Notes: generated by a model from the letters alone, not told the origin. DNA of 64,000 nt from Candidatus Moraniibacteriota bacterium (GCA_003507445.1 DNVR01000019.1:206132-270131); one strand, 5' to 3'; shown: positions 27,891 through 37,869, counted from the first letter of the stretch. A program made the numbers and translations.

Positions 27891-29678
27891 ATGATGCGAA
27901 CACACACATGCGGAGAATTAAATGAAAAATTGGTTGGGCAAAAAGTGGTTTTGACTGGATGGGTACATCGTCGAAGAGATCATGGCGGCATCGCTTTTAT
28001 CGATCTTCGAGATCGTTATGGAATAACTCAAATTAAATTTGATCCTGTTAAAAATGGCGACATAATGGATGAGGTTGATAAGATAAGAAACGAATGGGTT
28101 ATTAAAGTTACTGGAAATGTCATAGCTCGACCAGAAAGCATGATTAACTCAAAATTAAAGACTGGAGAAATAGAAATTGAAGCCATTGAACTTGATATTT
28201 TAAACAAATCTCAAACACCTCCTTTTGAAATTGATGGAGAAAAAAATGGGGAAGCAAATGAAGCACTCAGGTTGCAATATCGCTTTGTCGACCTTAGACG
28301 ACCAGAAGTTCAATCTCTTTTGGAACTTAAGGCTAAATATTTTCAATGCATGAGGGATTATTTTCAGAAATTGAATTTCGTTGAAATACAAACTCCAATT
28401 TTGGCAAATTCATCTCCAGAGGGAGCTCGTGATTTCTTGGTTCCTTCTCGTTTGCACCCAGGAAAATTTTATGCCTTGCCTCAAGCGCCACAGCAATTTA
28501 AACAGCTGCTTATGGTTGGTGGAATGGATAGATATTTTCAGATTGCCCCATGTTTTCGAGATGAGGACCCAAGAATGGACAGGCATTATGGCGAATTTTA
28601 TCAGCTAGATATGGAAATGAGTTTTGTTGGTCAGGATGATATTTTTAAGGTTATGGAGCCGTTGATGATTGAACTTACAGATAAATTTTCCAACAAGGAA
28701 ATTGTAAATATGGGAGAAAATGGAAGATTCAGGCAGATTCCATGGAAAGAGGCTTTGACAAGATATGGTAGTGATAAACCAGATCTCCGCTTCGAAATGG
28801 AAATTAAACCAATAACCGAGCTTGTTAAAGATTGTGGTTTTTCAGTTTTTACTGATGCTATTAAAAACGACGGGGTTGTGCATGCTTTGAAAGTTGAAGG
28901 AGGGGCGAAATTTAGTCGAAAAGAAATCGATGAAATTGTGGAAATTGCAAAAAGCAAAGATGCAAAAGGATTGGCATACATCGTGATTAAAGAAGATGGA
29001 GAATTGCAATCGCCGATCATTAAATTCTTGGGAGATGATTTGACTAAAAAAATTACAGATGAAGTTGAAGCTAAATCAGGGGATATTATTTTCTTTGGAG
29101 CTGATGTATGGAAAACTGTTTGCAGCGCCTTGGGAGCCGTCAGAAGTGAATGTGCGAAAAAATTAGGACTCAAAGACAATACAAAAGCAGCATGGTGTTG
29201 GATTGTTGATTTCCCAATGTATTCATATTCAGAAATAGAACCGGGGAAAATTGATTTTGAGCATAACCCATTTTCAATGCCACAAGGAGGGCTCAAAGCA
29301 TTGGAGGAAAAACAACCATTAGACATCTTGGCTTATCAGTATGATTTAGTGATTAATGGTTTTGAGGCTTCAAGTGGGGCAATCAGAAACCATGATCCAG
29401 AAATTATGTATAAAGCCTTTGAAATTGCTGGATACACAAAGGAACAAGTTGATGCTCGTTTCGGAGGATTGATTAATGCGTTTAAATTCGGTGCTCCTCC
29501 TCATGGTGGAAATGCTCCTGGAATAGATAGAATTCTTATGGTTCTTCATGATCTTGATTCTATTCGCGATATTTATGCTTTCCCGAAAGATGGTAGCGGC
29601 AGAGACTTGATGATGAATAGCCCAAGTGAAGTGGATGAAAAGCAATTGAAAGATTTGCATATAAAACTTGTCAAATGA
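27891..29678 (+). CDS. aspS: aspartate--tRNA ligase
   Basis: 595 aa; N-terminal OB (GWVHRRRDHGGIAFIDLRD), class II motifs (FRDEDPRMDRHYGEFYQLD; GGAPPHGGNAPGIDR). Confidence 0.9.
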   Translation: MMRTHTCGELNEKLVGQKVVLTGWVHRRRDHGGIAFIDLRDRYGITQIKFDPVKNGDIMDEVDKIRNEWVIKVTGNVIARPESMINSKLKTGEIEIEAIELDILNKSQTPPFEIDGEKNGEANEALRLQYRFVDLRRPEVQSLLELKAKYFQCMRDYFQKLNFVEIQTPILANSSPEGARDFLVPSRLHPGKFYALPQAPQQFKQLLMVGGMDRYFQIAPCFRDEDPRMDRHYGEFYQLDMEMSFVGQDDIFKVMEPLMIELTDKFSNKEIVNMGENGRFRQIPWKEALTRYGSDKPDLRFEMEIKPITELVKDCGFSVFTDAIKNDGVVHALKVEGGAKFSRKEIDEIVEIAKSKDAKGLAYIVIKEDGELQSPIIKFLGDDLTKKITDEVEAKSGDIIFFGADVWKTVCSALGAVRSECAKKLGLKDNTKAAWCWIVDFPMYSYSEIEPGKIDFEHNPFSMPQGGLKALEEKQPLDILAYQYDLVINGFEASSGAIRNHDPEIMYKAFEIAGYTKEQVDARFGGLINAFKFGAPPHGGNAPGIDRILMVLHDLDSIRDIYAFPKDGSGRDLMMNSPSEVDEKQLKDLHIKLVK

Positions 29679-29729
29679 TCAATATTTTTTAAAAAAGTAT
29701 AACGGCTTTTATATTTTAATTGATATTGT

Positions 29730-30071
29730 ATGGCTGATAATATAGAGATAGAAAAACTTGAACAATACAAAGGGAAACAAGTTAAAGTCAGAGGTATTGT
29801 TGAAAAAATAGAAGATCATGGGGGCATTTTGTTTTTGGAAATAAGTCATTCTTCATCTTTAGCCAAGGCTATTATTATCCCTGACAGGGAAAATGTTTTT
29901 TTGGTGGCGAAGAATATTAAAAAGGGTTACATTGTTGAAATGGTTGGGTTTGTTAAGGAATGTCCTTTGAGCAATGGTCACGCCTTGTGTGAGGTTGATG
30001 TTGAGATGTTGTCTATCATTTCCGCCAGAACAAGATTGGAAAATATGATAAAAATTGCCAGAGAGAATTAA
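29730..30071 (+). CDS. stand-alone AspRS/LysRS-type anticodon-binding OB-fold protein
   Basis: 113 aa; GKQVKVRGIVEKIEDHGGILFLEI parallels the aspS N-terminal GQKVVLTGWVHRRRDHGGIAFIDL. Confidence 0.5.
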   Translation: MADNIEIEKLEQYKGKQVKVRGIVEKIEDHGGILFLEISHSSSLAKAIIIPDRENVFLVAKNIKKGYIVEMVGFVKECPLSNGHALCEVDVEMLSIISARTRLENMIKIAREN

Positions 30072-30102
30072 GCGCAAAATAATAATTCAAAAATAAAAAT
30101 AA

Positions 30103-30140
30103 CCCCAGTTAAATGATTACAAAAAGCTAATTTAACGGGG
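30103..30140 (+). promoter_or_regulatory. SD-sequestering 5'-leader hairpin (CCCCAGUUAAAU...AUUUAACGGGGUAAAA) upstream of MFS gene
   Basis: 12-nt inverted repeat; 3' arm GGGG lies 10 nt before ATG at 30150. Confidence 0.45.
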
Positions 30141-30149
30141 TAAAAATTA

Positions 30150-31367
30150 ATGGCAAATAAAAAACACAAGGAAAAGCTTAATGATGGTAAATTGAAATTG
30201 ATAACGTTTGTTTCTTTTTTGTTGGGTTTTTCTCAATCGCTTCTTGTTTATGTTGAATCGTCATATTTCAAATTGTCTTTGGGCAGCGAAAATGTGAGTG
30301 TTTTTTATTTCTTGGCGTATGTCGTGTCGCTGCTTGGTCTTTTGAATATGCATAAATTCATCAAGCGTTTGGGAAAATCAACAACTTTTTTCCTGCTTTT
30401 CTTTTTGCAAATTTTTGCTATGGCGGTGCTTATTATGGTTCCGCCGTCAATGTTTGGAATATTTTTATTGATGATAAACATCATCACGTCATATTTGATG
30501 TATGTGGTGTTGGACATCATTATGGAATCGTATTCTGAAGACAGGAAATCAGGCAGAATACGCGGACTTCACTTGATGATCATCAGCGCTGGTTTTATGC
30601 TTGGACCAATTCTTTCTACTCGCATCTTGGAAGTGTATGATTATTCCGGACTTTTCTTTTTGTCGATGCTTATCAGTATGGTGATTTTTGTGATTGGTCT
30701 TGTTGGTTTGCGTGGCGGGAATAATAAATTTAATGGAAACATAACCATTCGGGATTTGGTAAAAAAAATATTTGTGAACAAGAATTTGATGCGCATATAT
30801 TGGGTGTCATTTGTGCTGGAATTTTTTTATGCGCTAATGACCGTGTACACTCCTTTGTATCTGCTTGACTTGGGAATGTCTTGGAGTCAGATTGGAGTAA
30901 TCTTTACCATAATGCTGATACCTTTTATTTTGATTAATTATCCCGTGGGAGCGCTTGCGGATAAAAAACTTGGAGAAAAAGAAATGATAATTTTTGCTTT
31001 GTTTGTGATGGCTATTTCAACCTTGAGTATTTTTTTCGTGACAAGCACATCAGTTTTCATTTGGGGAATGGTACTTTTTATGACGAGAATAGGTGCAGCA
31101 ATGATCGAAACATTGCGCGATTCTTATTTTTACAAAAGAATTGATGGCGACGATATGGATATTATAAGTTTTTTTAGAACCTCTCGAAGTGTCGCATATA
31201 TTGCCGCAACAGCCATTTCTGCAATGCTGCTGGTTGTCTTTCCAGTCAAAGCAATGTTTATTTTCCTCACGTTGGTTATTCTGCTTGCGCTGTATCCTGC
31301 TTTTACCTTGGTGGATAATAAAAGTGAAGAAGAAATTGAATTAGAAAAAAAATATTTGCGTAGTTAG
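30150..31367 (+). CDS. MFS transporter
   Basis: 405 aa; 12 predicted TM helices. Confidence 0.75.
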   Translation: MANKKHKEKLNDGKLKLITFVSFLLGFSQSLLVYVESSYFKLSLGSENVSVFYFLAYVVSLLGLLNMHKFIKRLGKSTTFFLLFFLQIFAMAVLIMVPPSMFGIFLLMINIITSYLMYVVLDIIMESYSEDRKSGRIRGLHLMIISAGFMLGPILSTRILEVYDYSGLFFLSMLISMVIFVIGLVGLRGGNNKFNGNITIRDLVKKIFVNKNLMRIYWVSFVLEFFYALMTVYTPLYLLDLGMSWSQIGVIFTIMLIPFILINYPVGALADKKLGEKEMIIFALFVMAISTLSIFFVTSTSVFIWGMVLFMTRIGAAMIETLRDSYFYKRIDGDDMDIISFFRTSRSVAYIAATAISAMLLVVFPVKAMFIFLTLVILLALYPAFTLVDNKSEEEIELEKKYLRS

Positions 31368-31374
31368 TCGGTTA

Positions 31375-32112
31375 TTGATTATTGAAATTATTATGTCTTA
31401 TCATTTTAAACTCGAACAATTTGAAGGGCCGCTGGATTTGCTTTTGCAACTGACTCAGCAGGAAAAGCTTGATATTACTCGAGTAAGTTTGGCGAAAATT
31501 GCAGATCAATATTTGGCATATATCGCTGAGGCCAAAGACATCACGCTTGCTCATCTGGCTGATTTTTTGTCAGTGGCATCTCGTCTTATTTTGATCAAAT
31601 CCAAAGCCTTGCTTCCGATGTTGGAATTTACTGAAGAGGAAGAGGAGGAAATTAAAGATTTGGAATATCAATTGGCAGAGTATAAAAAATTTAAAGATGC
31701 TTCGGCAAAGATTGCGCCCATTTTTGATTCGCCAAAAGCAAGTTTTGCGCGCGAAGGATTTTTGGGCTTGGCAACACTTTTTTATCCGCCAGAAAATATT
31801 GTTGCTTTTGATTTGCAAAAAGCTTTTGCCAAAGTGTTGGGCGAAATTCCGGTTCAAGAAAAATTGGAAGAAGAAATGGTAAAAGAAGTTCTAACTTTGG
31901 AAGACAGAATTGTCCATTTGCAAAACACCTTGAGAGACCGAGTGCAAACATCATTTTCCGAACTTGTTGCAAATGCAAAAGACAAAGTTGAAATTGTGGT
32001 TTCTTTTCTTGCAATGCTCGAATTGGTAAAACAACGAATCATCCACGTGGAGCAAGGAGAACTATTTTCCGAAATACATCTTAAACACAAAGATCATAAA
32101 AGTGCTACGTAA
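31375..32112 (+). CDS. scpA: segregation and condensation protein A
   Basis: 245 aa; FEGPLDLLLQL N-terminal motif, C-terminal winged helix; likely true start MSYHF (31393). Confidence 0.8.
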   Translation: MIIEIIMSYHFKLEQFEGPLDLLLQLTQQEKLDITRVSLAKIADQYLAYIAEAKDITLAHLADFLSVASRLILIKSKALLPMLEFTEEEEEEIKDLEYQLAEYKKFKDASAKIAPIFDSPKASFAREGFLGLATLFYPPENIVAFDLQKAFAKVLGEIPVQEKLEEEMVKEVLTLEDRIVHLQNTLRDRVQTSFSELVANAKDKVEIVVSFLAMLELVKQRIIHVEQGELFSEIHLKHKDHKSAT

Positions 32113-32130
32113 TTATAGTTCAAAAAAAGC

Positions 32131-32243
32131 TTTTGTTTTGCCTGCTTCCTTTCTCGGCACGCTTCGCAATCGAAGAACTATGATTGCTCGCTAAGAGTTC
32201 GCTGTCGCTCTCTGTTGCCTCGAAAGAAAACAGGCAAAACAAA
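32131..32243 (+). repeat. ~115-nt structured intergenic element E1 (MITE-like or sRNA; second copy at 46104-46222)
   Basis: imperfect 25-bp terminal inverted repeats TTTTGTTTTGCCTGCTTCCTTTCTCGG / CTCGAAAGAAAACAGGCAAAACAAA; internal hairpin gcaatc-GAAGAACUAU-gauugc covaries with the E2 copy. Confidence 0.5.
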
Positions 32244-32436
32244 TTGAACTTTTGAGACTTAGAGTCATAACTTGCATATGATTTGTCAAAAGTGAGTTGG
32301 GTAAAACCAGCTCGTTTTTTATATCCAAAAATCCTGTTTTCCCAGCAGGAAGAGGTTTCTGATTATTGTGTATTAATATTTATAAGATGAAAGAATGTCG
32401 CAAAAAAGTGGGAAAATATCATAATAATTAATATTC

Positions 32437-32477
32437 ACTCAAGTTAAATGGCGGGAGGTTTTGCAATTTAACTGGGT
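32437..32477 (+). promoter_or_regulatory. SD-region leader hairpin (variant of CCCAGUUAAAU/AUUUAACUGGG family) upstream of VOC gene
   Basis: CTCAAGTTAAAT...ATTTAACTGGGTAAAA then ATG 32486. Confidence 0.4.
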
Positions 32478-32485
32478 AAAATCAT

Positions 32486-32902
32486 ATGAAAAATCCAAGA
32501 CCCATACATTTTGAAATCAACGCAATTGATCCTGCGCGCACCGCCAAATTCTATGCGGATGTGTTCGGGTGGGAGTTTGAAAAGTGGGAGACGCCAGAAG
32601 CCAACATGGACTATTGGATGGTTATGACAGGCGACAAGGAAACCATGGGAATCAACGGTGGTATGAGCAAGCAAGACCAGCCTCCTGCCAAAGGAGGAGC
32701 CAATTCATTCATCCCAACAATGGGAGTTTCCAATTTTGACGAATATCACCAAAAGATTCTTTCAGCCGGTGGAACAGTGCAAATGGAAAAGCACGAGATT
32801 CCAACTGTCGGTTTGCATGGATATTACCATGACACCGAAGGCAACATCTTCGGCATCCTCGAACCATCAGAGGAGATGAAAAAAATGGAAGAAACGATGT
32901 AA
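32486..32902 (+). CDS. VOC/glyoxalase/bleomycin-resistance family protein
   Basis: 138 aa; paired beta-alpha-beta-beta-beta modules, HFEINAIDPART N-terminus. Confidence 0.7.
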   Translation: MKNPRPIHFEINAIDPARTAKFYADVFGWEFEKWETPEANMDYWMVMTGDKETMGINGGMSKQDQPPAKGGANSFIPTMGVSNFDEYHQKILSAGGTVQMEKHEIPTVGLHGYYHDTEGNIFGILEPSEEMKKMEETM

Positions 32903-33054
32903 TGATTTCAAAAAGAAATTTCCTGTCACCAGCGCAGGGAATTTTTTTAACTGAAAATTAGAAAAAAGCGTGAATTTGGGAAATTGAAGAATGATTTCGG
33001 GCTTAAAGTAGGTATTCTGCTCCATGCTCCATGTTTCATGTTTTATGATTTCGA

Positions 33055-33130
33055 GCTTGAATTATGGGTAAAATGAGAGTAGAATGGAAATATAAGTCAA
33101 CTGACGTTGTTACGTAGCATGTTACGTAAC
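33055..33130. repeat. 76-bp direct repeat, left flank of GNAT cassette
   Basis: about 95% identical to 33628-33703; ends in the TACGTA tandem palindrome. Confidence 0.75.
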
Positions 33131-33142
33131 AAAATTATATGT

Positions 33143-33601
33143 ATGGAAATCGTGATTAGAAAAACAAATGAATTCGAAAAAGCTTTGGGAATTGCGAAAA
33201 CATTGCCGGAGTTTTTCACGCAGCAAGGGCTGGATGAAATCAAGGTGCAGCTTCCTGATCAAGCAGTATATGGAGCATATGACGGCGAGGAATTGATCGC
33301 CTGCATTAGCTATAAGAAAGTCAATGACTCAACAATTGATATTGCTTTCCTTTTTATGCTGGAGACTTATCATGGAAAGGGCATTGGCACGCGACTTGTT
33401 GAAGAGAGTCTTGCTGTTGAAGGCGGGGAATTCAAGGTTTGCCAGGTTAATACTTTGGCAGAGACTGTTGAAGATGCAGGATATGCAAGAACAAGAAAAT
33501 TTTATGAAAAATTGGGTTTTATTCCAATTGAAATCATCCACCCCTATCCCGGTTGGGGCATGGAAAATCCGTGTCAGATTTATGTGAGATTTTTGAAATA
33601 A
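33143..33601 (+). CDS. GNAT-family N-acetyltransferase
   Basis: 152 aa from MEIVIRK; acetyl-CoA motif HGKGIGTRLVE; the ORF-track start 33107 lies inside the palindrome. Confidence 0.7.
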   Translation: MEIVIRKTNEFEKALGIAKTLPEFFTQQGLDEIKVQLPDQAVYGAYDGEELIACISYKKVNDSTIDIAFLFMLETYHGKGIGTRLVEESLAVEGGEFKVCQVNTLAETVEDAGYARTRKFYEKLGFIPIEIIHPYPGWGMENPCQIYVRFLK

Positions 33602-33627
33602 AGCAGGCCTTGAGTCTGTTTTATTGT

Positions 33628-33703
33628 GCTTGAATTATGGGTGGAATGAGAGTAGAATGGAAATATAAGTCAACTGATGTTGTTACGTAGCATGTTACGT
33701 AAC
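33628..33703. repeat. 76-bp direct repeat, right flank of GNAT cassette
   Basis: gcttgaattatgggtggaatgagagtagaatggaaatataagtcaactgatgttgttacgtagcatgttacgtaac. Confidence 0.75.
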
Positions 33704-33793
33704 AAGGTTTTATTTTTGAAAAATAAGTTATGCACAGTTGTGTTTGAATTTATTGAATGATATAATATCACTGTAAGAGTTTAAAATAAAAAT

Positions 33794-34765
33794 ATGACAC
33801 AAAAAATAATACAAGATATGGCCGTCAGTTTGAATATTCATCCAATTCATCTGCGGGTTTTTATGTCGAACTTTAAAAATGTATCAGCTGAAAATATCGT
33901 ATCGGCATACAAAGAATTCAAAGATGAAAATCCAAAACCGTTTGTAAAGTGGGTTGGAGGAAAAAGGCAATTGCTCAAACAATTTAGAGAGAGAGATTTG
34001 TATCCGCCCTATGATTTTGATCCGAAAACTGCAACTTACTTTGAGCCTTTTGTCGGTGGTGGAGCAATGTTTTTTGATTTGTTACCAAAAAAAGCTGTTT
34101 TGTCTGATATGAATGCCGAATTGGTAACAACTTATAATGTTATTAAAAATGACGTTGAAGGATTAATAAAAAAATTAAAAGAATATCAAAAGAAAAATAA
34201 TAAAGAATATTTTCTCAAAGTTCGTGCGCAAGATTTTAAAAAACTTTCCGATGTTGATGTTGCTGCTCGTTTTATATATCTAAATAGAACTTGTTTCAAT
34301 GGAATGTTTCGCGTTAATGGTAGTGGTCAATTTAATGTTCCATTTGGGGATAACAAGAATCCGCTTATTTGTGATGAAGAAAATTTGCGGAAAGCTCATG
34401 ATGCAATGAAGTATACTAAAATCTTGCATCAGGACTATGGAAAAGTTTTAGAAAAAGCAAAAAAAGGAGATTTTGTTTATTTTGATCCACCTTATTGTCC
34501 GGTTAACGCAACGTCTAGTTTTACGAGTTATACCAAGGAGGGATTTCTTGAAAAACAACAAATAGAATTGAAGGATGCCTTTATGGAGCTCCACAAGAGA
34601 GGTTGCTATGTTATGCTTTCAAATTCTGATACGCCATTTATCAATGAATTATATTCTGGACTAGGCAAAAAAATAAAAATTCACACTGTTGATGCTGGGC
34701 GTTCTATTAATTCAAAGGGAACAGGAAGAGGAAAAATTAAGGAGGTTGTCGTGATAAATTATTAA
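33794..34765 (+). CDS. dam: DNA adenine methyltransferase (Dam/D12 class N6-adenine MTase)
   Basis: 323 aa; KWVGGKRQLL, EPFVGGGA, YLNRTCFNGMFRVN, catalytic DPPY (VYFDPPYCP). Confidence 0.85.
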   Translation: MTQKIIQDMAVSLNIHPIHLRVFMSNFKNVSAENIVSAYKEFKDENPKPFVKWVGGKRQLLKQFRERDLYPPYDFDPKTATYFEPFVGGGAMFFDLLPKKAVLSDMNAELVTTYNVIKNDVEGLIKKLKEYQKKNNKEYFLKVRAQDFKKLSDVDVAARFIYLNRTCFNGMFRVNGSGQFNVPFGDNKNPLICDEENLRKAHDAMKYTKILHQDYGKVLEKAKKGDFVYFDPPYCPVNATSSFTSYTKEGFLEKQQIELKDAFMELHKRGCYVMLSNSDTPFINELYSGLGKKIKIHTVDAGRSINSKGTGRGKIKEVVVINY

Positions 34766-34774
34766 AAAATAATT

Positions 34775-36481
34775 ATGGCAAATTTTACAAAAACAGAGCC
34801 TTATACATTTGCAGCCCTTTGTGATTCTTTTAAAATGTTTAAGATACCAAATTTTCAGAGACCATATAAATGGACAAATAAAAATATCCAAGAATTTTGG
34901 AGCTCAATTATTTCAAATCAGAGTCCATATTTCATTGGGAATATAGTTGCAGTAAGTGACGAAAGTCTTCTTGTTATTGATGGGCAACAGAGATTAACAA
35001 CAATTAATTTGTTGTTAATAGCCCTAAGGGATACATATTCAAATATAAAAGTAAAAAAAAGCGATAAAACTAAAGTCAGTAGAACTATTGCAAGAATAGA
35101 TAAATATCTGAAGGATGATGATCTTTCGAAATCGGTAGAGTCTGAATATAAACGATTAGAACTTGGCAAAGATATGTATCAGAAAATTTTCAACATGTTG
35201 GTTGATAACGAAATCGATAACATTGATATAAAAAAGTTAACTGATAACCAAAAACGATTAATAAACAACTATGAAATATTAAAAAAATTTATACTATCAG
35301 AAATTAAGGGATCAGAGCTGAATAGTTTGGATGGTATTTTAAACAAAGTTTTAAATTTGCAGTTTATTGTTATTGTTTGTGCAACTGAAAATGATATATA
35401 TGGTATTTTCGAAGGATTTAATTCTACAGGATTGGGCTTGTCGGTAGCAGATCTTGTAAAAAATTCTATTTTAAAAGGAAGTGCGAGAGATACAAAAATG
35501 CAATCATTAATTGAGGAATTATGGAATGAAATGGAGTTAATGTTTGATGAAACAATTGCTTCAAAATTTCCTAAATTTCTTAGGCACCAATGGATTTCAG
35601 TTTATGGCCATGTTTCTATGTCCAACCTTTATAGGGAAATAAAGTCTGAGAAGATTGATAATAAGACACCGCAGATAATTAAGGAATATGTGGAATCAGT
35701 TTTATTTGATGCTAAGATATATCTTGGGATGCTATATTGGAAACACGAAAAAAACCTGGACTTGCCAAAAGATATATTGGAAGAAATATTTAAATTCAGA
35801 TTTTTGCAAAATGACCAGGTTTATGAGGTGTTGTTGACTTATCATCGGGCATTTAAAGAAAAAAGGATAACCCAATCTTTTTTTAAAAAATTTCTTAAAC
35901 GACTCTGGATTTTTACTGTTAGAGCTAGGTTCGTATCTGTAAATCCTTCTAAATATGAAAAAATCTTTTCAACACAATGTAAAGAAATTTACGAATGCAA
36001 AAATATTGAAGAAGTTTCTGCTGAAACTGAACGTTTTTTTTCAAAATTAAAAAAACTTGTTTCATCTGATGAGCAGTTTGTTGAGAATTTTATTGCAGAT
36101 GTTAAGTATGGGAAGGATAATAAATTAATATCTCTAGCAATTTCAGACTTAATGAGTTATGATAATCCAGAAATAAGCATAAAAGAGCCAGAAATAGAAC
36201 ACATTTTACCTCAAGAACCTAAAAAATGGGGATTTGCCAAGAGTGAAGTAAAAGATTATGTTGATAAAATTGGAAATTTAACTTTATTATTTAGTGATTT
36301 TAATAAAAAAAATAGCAATGAAACCATGTCATTTAAAAAAGCTATATTTAAAAAATCAAAACTTAAGTTCAACGTTGATATAGCAGATAAATGGGGCGAT
36401 ATTTTCGTTAAAGACTTCAAGAATGCTATTGAGCGGAGAAGTATTGATATGACAAAAAGAATTGAAAAAATTTGGAAATAA
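34775..36481 (+). CDS. GmrSD-like type IV restriction enzyme (DUF262 N-terminal / DUF1524 HNH-like C-terminal)
   Basis: 568 aa; DUF262 DGQQRLTT motif, C-terminal His-Me finger EIEHILPQ...IGNLTLL. Confidence 0.8.
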   Translation: MANFTKTEPYTFAALCDSFKMFKIPNFQRPYKWTNKNIQEFWSSIISNQSPYFIGNIVAVSDESLLVIDGQQRLTTINLLLIALRDTYSNIKVKKSDKTKVSRTIARIDKYLKDDDLSKSVESEYKRLELGKDMYQKIFNMLVDNEIDNIDIKKLTDNQKRLINNYEILKKFILSEIKGSELNSLDGILNKVLNLQFIVIVCATENDIYGIFEGFNSTGLGLSVADLVKNSILKGSARDTKMQSLIEELWNEMELMFDETIASKFPKFLRHQWISVYGHVSMSNLYREIKSEKIDNKTPQIIKEYVESVLFDAKIYLGMLYWKHEKNLDLPKDILEEIFKFRFLQNDQVYEVLLTYHRAFKEKRITQSFFKKFLKRLWIFTVRARFVSVNPSKYEKIFSTQCKEIYECKNIEEVSAETERFFSKLKKLVSSDEQFVENFIADVKYGKDNKLISLAISDLMSYDNPEISIKEPEIEHILPQEPKKWGFAKSEVKDYVDKIGNLTLLFSDFNKKNSNETMSFKKAIFKKSKLKFNVDIADKWGDIFVKDFKNAIERRSIDMTKRIEKIWK

Positions 36482-37107
36482 ATTTTAAAAATATGAATAA
36501 TTACAATTTAAGATTACTTGATAACTCGGAGGTTATTAAATGGTGCTATGAGGGTGTTACGGATATTTCTTTGAAGAATACTGAAAGTGAAAAAAAATTA
36601 AAAGAATCAAAGGAGATAGAAAAAGAATGGGGCAATAGCGTTATGAATACCACAGATGGAAAGCAGTGGACAACTTTGCTTTGTCAAAATTTAGTCATGG
36701 AGGCACTTGTTAGGCTTGGTAGAAAAAATGTCAGACAAACTACTGCAAAAAAAAGTACTCTTAGGGATAAAAAATACGATCCAGATTTAGAATGTGACGA
36801 ATTTGTTTATGAGGTGAAGGGCAGAAGTTGGTCTACCCCTGGAACTGCTGGTGAAAAAATACTTGGAGTGCCCTTGAAATATGGTGAATTGCCACGTTTA
36901 TACAAAAAACCACTTCAAATAGTTTTGGTAGGATATCAGGAATATGAAGCTCGAGAAAAATTCGCTTTCGGTGATTTATTAGACAAAAATAATCAAACAA
37001 CTGAATTACGAGACAGCCTAGCTTTTTACAAGGAGCACAATATTGAATATGTTGCCTTTACAGATATTTTGAAAAAAATAGGTTTTGATTATGGCTGTTG
37101 GAATTAA
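36472..37107 (+). CDS. putative type II restriction endonuclease (PD-(D/E)xK)
   Basis: 211 aa; YDPDLECDEFVYEVKGR fits PD...ExK; immediately upstream of MTase; alternative start 36493. Confidence 0.45.
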   Translation: MEINFKNMNNYNLRLLDNSEVIKWCYEGVTDISLKNTESEKKLKESKEIEKEWGNSVMNTTDGKQWTTLLCQNLVMEALVRLGRKNVRQTTAKKSTLRDKKYDPDLECDEFVYEVKGRSWSTPGTAGEKILGVPLKYGELPRLYKKPLQIVLVGYQEYEAREKFAFGDLLDKNNQTTELRDSLAFYKEHNIEYVAFTDILKKIGFDYGCWN

Positions 37108-37122
37108 AGATGATTTAAAAAA

Positions 37123-37869
37123 ATGAAAACAAAAATAAAATTGCATCCAGATGAATTTGAAATGGAATGTACCACTGTGTGGTCATTCCCTAGGCGTGGA
37201 AACTGGGCAACACATAAATCAGATTGGCGAGGAAATTGGGCACCAGAAGTGGTGCGTAATTTAATCCTGCGTTACTCAAAGGAAAGCGATCACATTCTTG
37301 ATTGTATGATTGGCGGTGGAACAACCGCAATAGAGGCAAAAATATTAAATCGTCACATCACTTGTATTGATGTTAATGAAGAGGCACTAGAACGTACGAA
37401 AAAATCATTAGAATTTGAGGTTGAAAACAATTCCAAACAAAGAATAATGAAGTGCGACGCTCGCAATATGGCATTCATTAAAAATGAGGAAATAGATTTT
37501 GTTCTTACTCATCCACCGTATGTTGATATTATAAAGTATAGCGAAGGAAAAATTAAAGAAGATTTATCTGGCATTCATAGTCTGGATGAATTTTGTGATG
37601 AAATTGAAAAAGTTGCCAGTGAATTATTTCGCGTTTTGAAAAAAGGAAAATATTGTGCAATTTTGATGGGGGATACTAGAAGAGAAAAAATGTATCAACC
37701 GTTGGCCTTTAAGGTTATGGAACGATTTTTAAAACAAGGTTTTGTATTAAAAGAGGATATTATTAAAAAACAACATAACTGCAAAGCCACCGGCTTTTGG
37801 GTAAAACGTTCCCAAGAAAGTAATTTTCTCTTGATTATGCATGAGCATCTTTTTGTATTTCAGAAATGA
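37123..37869 (+). CDS. DNA methyltransferase (N4-C/N6-A, gamma-like motif order)
   Basis: 248 aa; motif I DCMIGGGTTAIEA precedes motif IV LTHPPY. Confidence 0.75.
   Translation: MKTKIKLHPDEFEMECTTVWSFPRRGNWATHKSDWRGNWAPEVVRNLILRYSKESDHILDCMIGGGTTAIEAKILNRHITCIDVNEEALERTKKSLEFEVENNSKQRIMKCDARNMAFIKNEEIDFVLTHPPYVDIIKYSEGKIKEDLSGIHSLDEFCDEIEKVASELFRVLKKGKYCAILMGDTRREKMYQPLAFKVMERFLKQGFVLKEDIIKKQHNCKATGFWVKRSQESNFLLIMHEHLFVFQK

Noticed and set aside
26165-29326. Long minus-strand ORFs inside + strand genes (26165..26773, 26238..26681, 28631..29326, 55614..55952, 45295..45786)
   Set aside because: They are shadow ORFs antisense to well-supported genes (response regulator, aspS, rpoA, pgk) with low-complexity Ser/Phe-rich translations and no RBS.
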